Shown: piece after piece, positions 59,133 to 64,000 of the stretch | How the letters are laid out: each line of letters begins with the position of its first letter | Numbering within the stretch: the first letter of the stretch is position 1 | From: Hormiphora californensis | Lineage: Eukaryota > Animalia > Ctenophora | DNA: 64,000 nucleotides | Direction of reading: 5' to 3' | Assembly (NCBI GenBank): GCA_020137815.1 | Contig: CM035354.1 | Location: 2,604,001-2,668,000 of the forward strand | The notes under the pieces: generated by a model | The model's input: the letters and a program-made list of their open reading frames with translations, nothing else | What the model was told of the DNA's origin: nothing | The model's database searches: none | Program-made: the position numbers and the translations under genes

Positions 59133-59199
59133 TACTCTGAAGTTATAGCACCTCCATCTCTACCTCACCTCTATCTCCCTCGCTCACTCTCCCTCCCAT

Positions 59200-59651
59200 A
59201 ACTCACTCCAAATTCTCCCTCTCTAGTTGTACTCACTCCAAATTCTCCCTCTCTAGTTGTACTCACTCCAAATTCTCCCTCTCTAGTTGTACTCACTCCA
59301 AATTCTCCCTCTCTAGTTGTACTCACCCCAAATTCTCCCTCTCTAGTTGTACTCACCCCAAATTCTCCCTCTCTAGTTGTACTCACCCCAAATTCTCCCT
59401 CTCTAGTTGTACTCACCCCAAATTCTCCCTCTCTAGTTGTACTCACCCCAAATTCTCCCTCTCTAGTTGTACTCACCCCAAATTCTCCCTCTCTAGTTGT
59501 ACTCACTCCAAATTCTCCCTCTCTAGTTGTACTCACCCCAAATTCTCCCTCTCTAGTTGTACTCACTCCAAATTCTCCCTCTCTAGTTGTACTCACTCCA
59601 AATCCTCCCTCTCTAGTTGTACTCACTCCAAATTCTCCCTCTCTAGTTGTA
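59200..59651. repeat. 30-bp tandem repeat (ACTCAC[T/C]CCAAATTCTCCCTCTCTAGTTGT) x15
   Basis: Seen directly; no spacers. Confidence 0.95.
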
Positions 59652-59875
59652 TTTGGTAGTTGAGGAAACCTATAGCCAGTTGAGTCAGTTGCTTGTATCC
59701 CAGCCGGATAGTGTTCTGAAAACACGACTTCTTCACATTAGGGAGATCATGAGCAAAATAAAGGTACGTGGAAATTAGAGTGCTACCTTTTCGGTTTGTG
59801 GATTCTCGTTATATTATTGTGCTGTTCAGATTTTGAGTTTGTCACTTTGTTAACTTATCAGTTTGGTGTGTGTGT

Positions 59876-59984
59876 CAGGAACTGACCGAACCAGGAAATA
59901 CTGGTCCCTGATTGGCTGATAACCAGTCACGTGACCTAAATAACGAGTTCTGATTGGTTGTTTACTTGTTTTGGTCGGTTCCTG
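59876..59984 (-). mobile_element. 109-bp hAT-type MITE (family A)
   Basis: TSD GTGTGTGT. Confidence 0.92.
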
Positions 59985-60887
59985 GTGTGTGTCAGGTGCC
60001 CTTGTGTTACCTGATCATTTCTCTGTATTCCACTAAAATATATTTCAATGTCCTTTGTTATAGAGTCTGTGTGTGTGGTCTACATTTTGCACTCCTGTAA
60101 CTCCGATCCTGCTCCACGGACTTGGTGTGATGTAATTATTATTACTCGAATCGTTCATTTTCTGTGCGAGGTCCTCCATATATATTATTATGCACTCTAT
60201 GATCATAGAGAGTCTGAGGAGATGGGAGAGATCCTACAGAGGGAGCTGTGTGAGGACAGATCCTAGGACAACTGAGGGAGGTGCCTGGAGAGTCCTTCAT
60301 CCTGCGCTGCTCCTTGAGGGAATCCAATACGTGTGAAGTTTCTCTCCCTCTATAGCTCTGCACCCTCATTTGGAGAGAATCTTCTGCTAGAACTCTCATA
60401 CAAGTCCCCAGTTCTCACTCTACTACCTATATCATATTCCTGAACTTTTGAATACGGGAAAAGATGCCCTTATATCCCCCCTCTCACTCTCACTCTCTCT
60501 CCCAAAGATTTATTCCCCTAATCTGGATCCCGTTCTCGGCGCGGATAATCATTCTTAGGTCATACAAATCTCAGCGTTTTGTTTACCCAAGACTGATTAT
60601 CATTTCTATATTGTCATAGAACGTCTTGACCTTTGCTTCCAACTCTGCGGTTATTTTGGGGTCAAACCTATACCTTGACCCATATAGATATAGTTGTACC
60701 ACCTCCTCTCTATTCAAATAGGTTACCCCGATCCTCTCTATTTCAATTATAGGTTACCACCTCCTCTCTATTTGAATAGGTTGCAACTTGCATGGGGTGT
60801 CCCACCTCAGTGAGAATATCTCTGTATTGTCAAGCTGCGATCCAGTGCGGTGTAGGTGTATAAACAGTCTGAATTCCTTTCTATCCC

Positions 60888-60958
<71 letters not shown>

Positions 60959-61718
60959 TATCTTTCTCTCTGTTGACACCTGGTAGGTCAAGCTTAGCTT
61001 TCTCAGCCAATATTACATGTAGTACTGCCCAGGTTTCTTCACAGTGCCGTATATTCAGCTGTTTCAGATATATTTATTTGACTTGCTACTCAGCCTTTCT
61101 CTCTACGGACATATTTATTGGTAGTGAGAGAGGGAACGAGATATATTGAGAGCTGGAATTCATTTTGTAAAGTGCGGTGTAAAGTTTCGCATTTCTCACC
61201 CCTCTAGCTTTCTGTAAAGCTCCGAGAAAGCTGCTAAAGTTGTGTCAGATATAAGATGTCTCAGTTGATATACTTTATGGTACAGTTGTATACAACTGTA
61301 CCATAAAGTATCAATATATTGAGCATTTGGTGGTTAACGTGACTTTTTTGAAGTTACGTCTGACAGCGTTAGCGCTGGCCGCTGAGACTGAGCGCTGAGA
61401 CGTGATTCTCTCCGATTTGCAGACGAAAACTATGTGTTCGTGCTCCACACACAGCTTTCCTCTCGAGAGGCAATCTCTCCAGATCTCTATTCAGATCTCT
61501 CTCCTTCGCTCCCTCCTCTGATTGCTTTCAATAGCAAGCTGTGGTCCATTTTATTTCACGGATCTCTAGAAACTATATAATGGTCCTACTTGCAAATGTA
61601 TCGGTTTTTGCGTTAAAAGAGAGAGGGTATAGCTTACAACACACCCATTCTCTGATATGATAATGAACATTGTGCAACACATTCCACCATGCACTACAGC
61701 TGGTCTAGCGGGTCTTCC

Positions 61719-61820
61719 TGACCGAAACAAGTAAAAAACCAATCAGAACTCGTTATTTAGGTCACGTGACTGGTTATCAGCCAATCAGAGACCAGTATTT
61801 CCTGATTAGGTCGGTTCCTG
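61719..61820 (+). mobile_element. Family A MITE with damaged left TIR
   Basis: Flanked by repeated CTAGCGGG. Confidence 0.82.
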
Positions 61821-62497
61821 CTAGCGGGTCTAGCTGACCCCCACGGCCAGAAATAATGGAGCCCACTTTTGAGACCACTTTGATAAGACCATTTACTGTT
61901 ATAATAGTGTATTACTATTAGATCCCAATTTATTTTACTTCCTGGTTGTTTCAATCAGTTTTCGGTCTCATTTTAGCTAAGTTTACTTTTAGCTTCCCTA
62001 TATTCTGTGTGTCGGATAAGCGTTCTTTAGCATCTTTTTGATCTTACCGAGAGAGATAGAAAGAGAGAGAGAGAGATAGAAAGAGATAGAAAGAGAGAGA
62101 GAGAGTGAGCTATTAGAGGCTTCAAGTCATTATGGTCTTTACTCTTTTACTATGTTGTTCGTTGTTCATATTCACCAATCTTTCTGAAGATCAATGCAAA
62201 AATTCATAGTAGATGGAGCTTGATCGAGAATAGTCTATAGAATAGTCTATAGACTCTCGGGGGGATCGGGAAAGCGTCATTAGAACGTCTGTTTAGCATA
62301 CGGAGGAGTTTTCATGCACATGCATATTGTTGTGCTTCATTCTCTCAGTCCCTCTCTCTTTCCTCCGCTATCTTTCTCTCTCCCATTCTATTTTTTCATT
62401 CTCTCACTCACTTACTCTGCCTCTTTTAGTCTCCTCTCATTCACTCATTTCTGTCAGTCAAAGAATTAGTTAATTTCAGTGTTGATATGCAGCTGGC

Positions 62498-62610
<113 letters not shown>

Positions 62611-62704
62611 TCCTCTCTCCTCTCTCTCTCTCTCCTCTCGCTCTTCTCTCTCTCTCGCTCTCTCTCTCCTCTCTCTCTACATCTTCTTCCTCTCTCTCTC
62701 TCAC

Positions 62705-62753
<49 letters not shown>

Positions 62754-62762
62754 TTATATCTC

Positions 62763-62796
<34 letters not shown>

Positions 62797-64000
62797 CCCC
62801 TTCATCGTCGTAGGAGCTGGTAGCTCTTGCATTCAAGCATCTGCAAAAACCTGTCAAGAGTTGCTCATTGTTTGTCGGGCAGTTGTTGTTCTGATTTTAT
62901 CGCGTCGTGATAGTTGAAAAGCTGAGAATCTTTTTTCTTCTTTTTTTGGTGTCTTCTCTGTCCTAGCGGTGAATCTATTGGTGTTACGAAATCACCCCTA
63001 TTACGGTCTGGGAGCTGGCGTTGAGGGATAAATTCATTGGTCAATACCAAGTGAATCTAACCACATGCCTATAAATATGCACCCTATCCTAGCCTATCCT
63101 AGCTATCGAAATGGTTATGCCTAACTAAATACCCAACTAAATGGTTAGCCTGAGCAATTTTGATATGTCCACCATATCCTATTTTTATCAAGATTTTGAT
63201 CATATATCGTCATCTTTCTCTCTCACCCAAATAATTTTCCCGCACATCATCGTCATCTCGTTTTTTTTTCCCGAAAGCGTCAAAAGTAGGCGTCTAGGAT
63301 TTCGGTTTCTCTGTTTTATGAGACACTTACCGAGCGGTAAATGCAATTTACCGACGCGTCGTGTTTACTAGGGCGGTTTCTCTGTTTTAATTTTCACTGC
63401 TCGTTGTTGATTTGTTGACTGAGACTGACTAGATCAGCTAGTATTATATTGATTTGTTGATTTGTTGACTGAGTGCAGCTGTAACTAGACAAGTATTATA
63501 TCAAGAGCTGTACAATGTGGTGTCAGAAAGTCTAGAACACACGTGTATCATCGTGCTTAGTGCATTGTTTTAACAACACTGTTTTAACTCCAGTTGTTTG
63601 CTCCATTCAAACTTTTTAGCCCATCTCGCTTTATTAGGCTTTTGTTCCTCTCGTTTGTTTGTTTGTTTGTTTGGATGTCATAGGGACCTGGGGTTCGTTT
63701 GAAGTTCACACAGTATGATATTGTGTTTGTTTTGCCTTCCTTTTCACACCCTCTCAGACTGATTCCCTTCTCTCACTCTCTCTCTCTCTTTCTGATCCCT
63801 GATCTCTCTGATCCTCTCTCCCTCTCTCTCTGACCACTGATCTCTCTCCAGCCCTCACCAAGCTGCATGACAATTCTCGGTGGACCTATATTATAATGTG
63901 CCGGACTACTCTGCTGCTAGAGTCCTGCTAGTACCGCGGCGGCTCCTGTTACCATGACGTCAGCAGACAGTAGAGTCCAGAGTCCAGTTGCTATGACGTC

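Noticed and set aside
59171-59725. 184-aa repeat ORF, or a CRISPR-like 30-bp array
   Set aside because: Head-to-tail minisatellite with no spacers and no cas genes; the frame is open only because the unit is 30 bp and stop-free.
60142-60399. 85-aa minus-strand ORF and possible further exons at 29.9-30.3 kb and 63.85 kb
   Set aside because: No recognisable homology or frame-consistent splice partners.

Overview
Eukaryotic, intron-rich, repeat-dense animal DNA. It is most likely a ctenophore of the Pleurobrachia type; this is an inference from recalled MITE-derived peptides and the GPCR style, not a database result. Positions 1-28.4 kb hold a compact, all-minus-strand run of genes: Fuzzy (FUZ), three tandem divergent Lifeguard/TMBIM copies (the third disrupted by a transposon), an atypical SIRT6/7-like sirtuin lacking the catalytic His, an unidentified gene, a stand-alone MOCS1A, and WDR75/UTP17, which runs off the window. 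A 4-TM PPxY gene is nested antisense in a WDR75 intron, and its stop codon is supplied by a MITE. From about 37 kb a large plus-strand Trio/Kalirin-like spectrin-repeat gene is visible as 8 frame-consistent exons, with an intronless class A GPCR nested in one intron. There are many non-autonomous elements with readable TIRs/TSDs (hAT, pogo/Tc1-like, Academ-like, MULE-like, hATw-like, Helentron-like, a Penelope-like palindromic insert, a LINE 3' end, a tRNA-derived insert), plus mini- and microsatellites. Several stretches look like unpolished long-read sequence. No CRISPR, rRNA or convincing tRNA gene was found. Gene models were built by hand from GT-AG sites and frame consistency.
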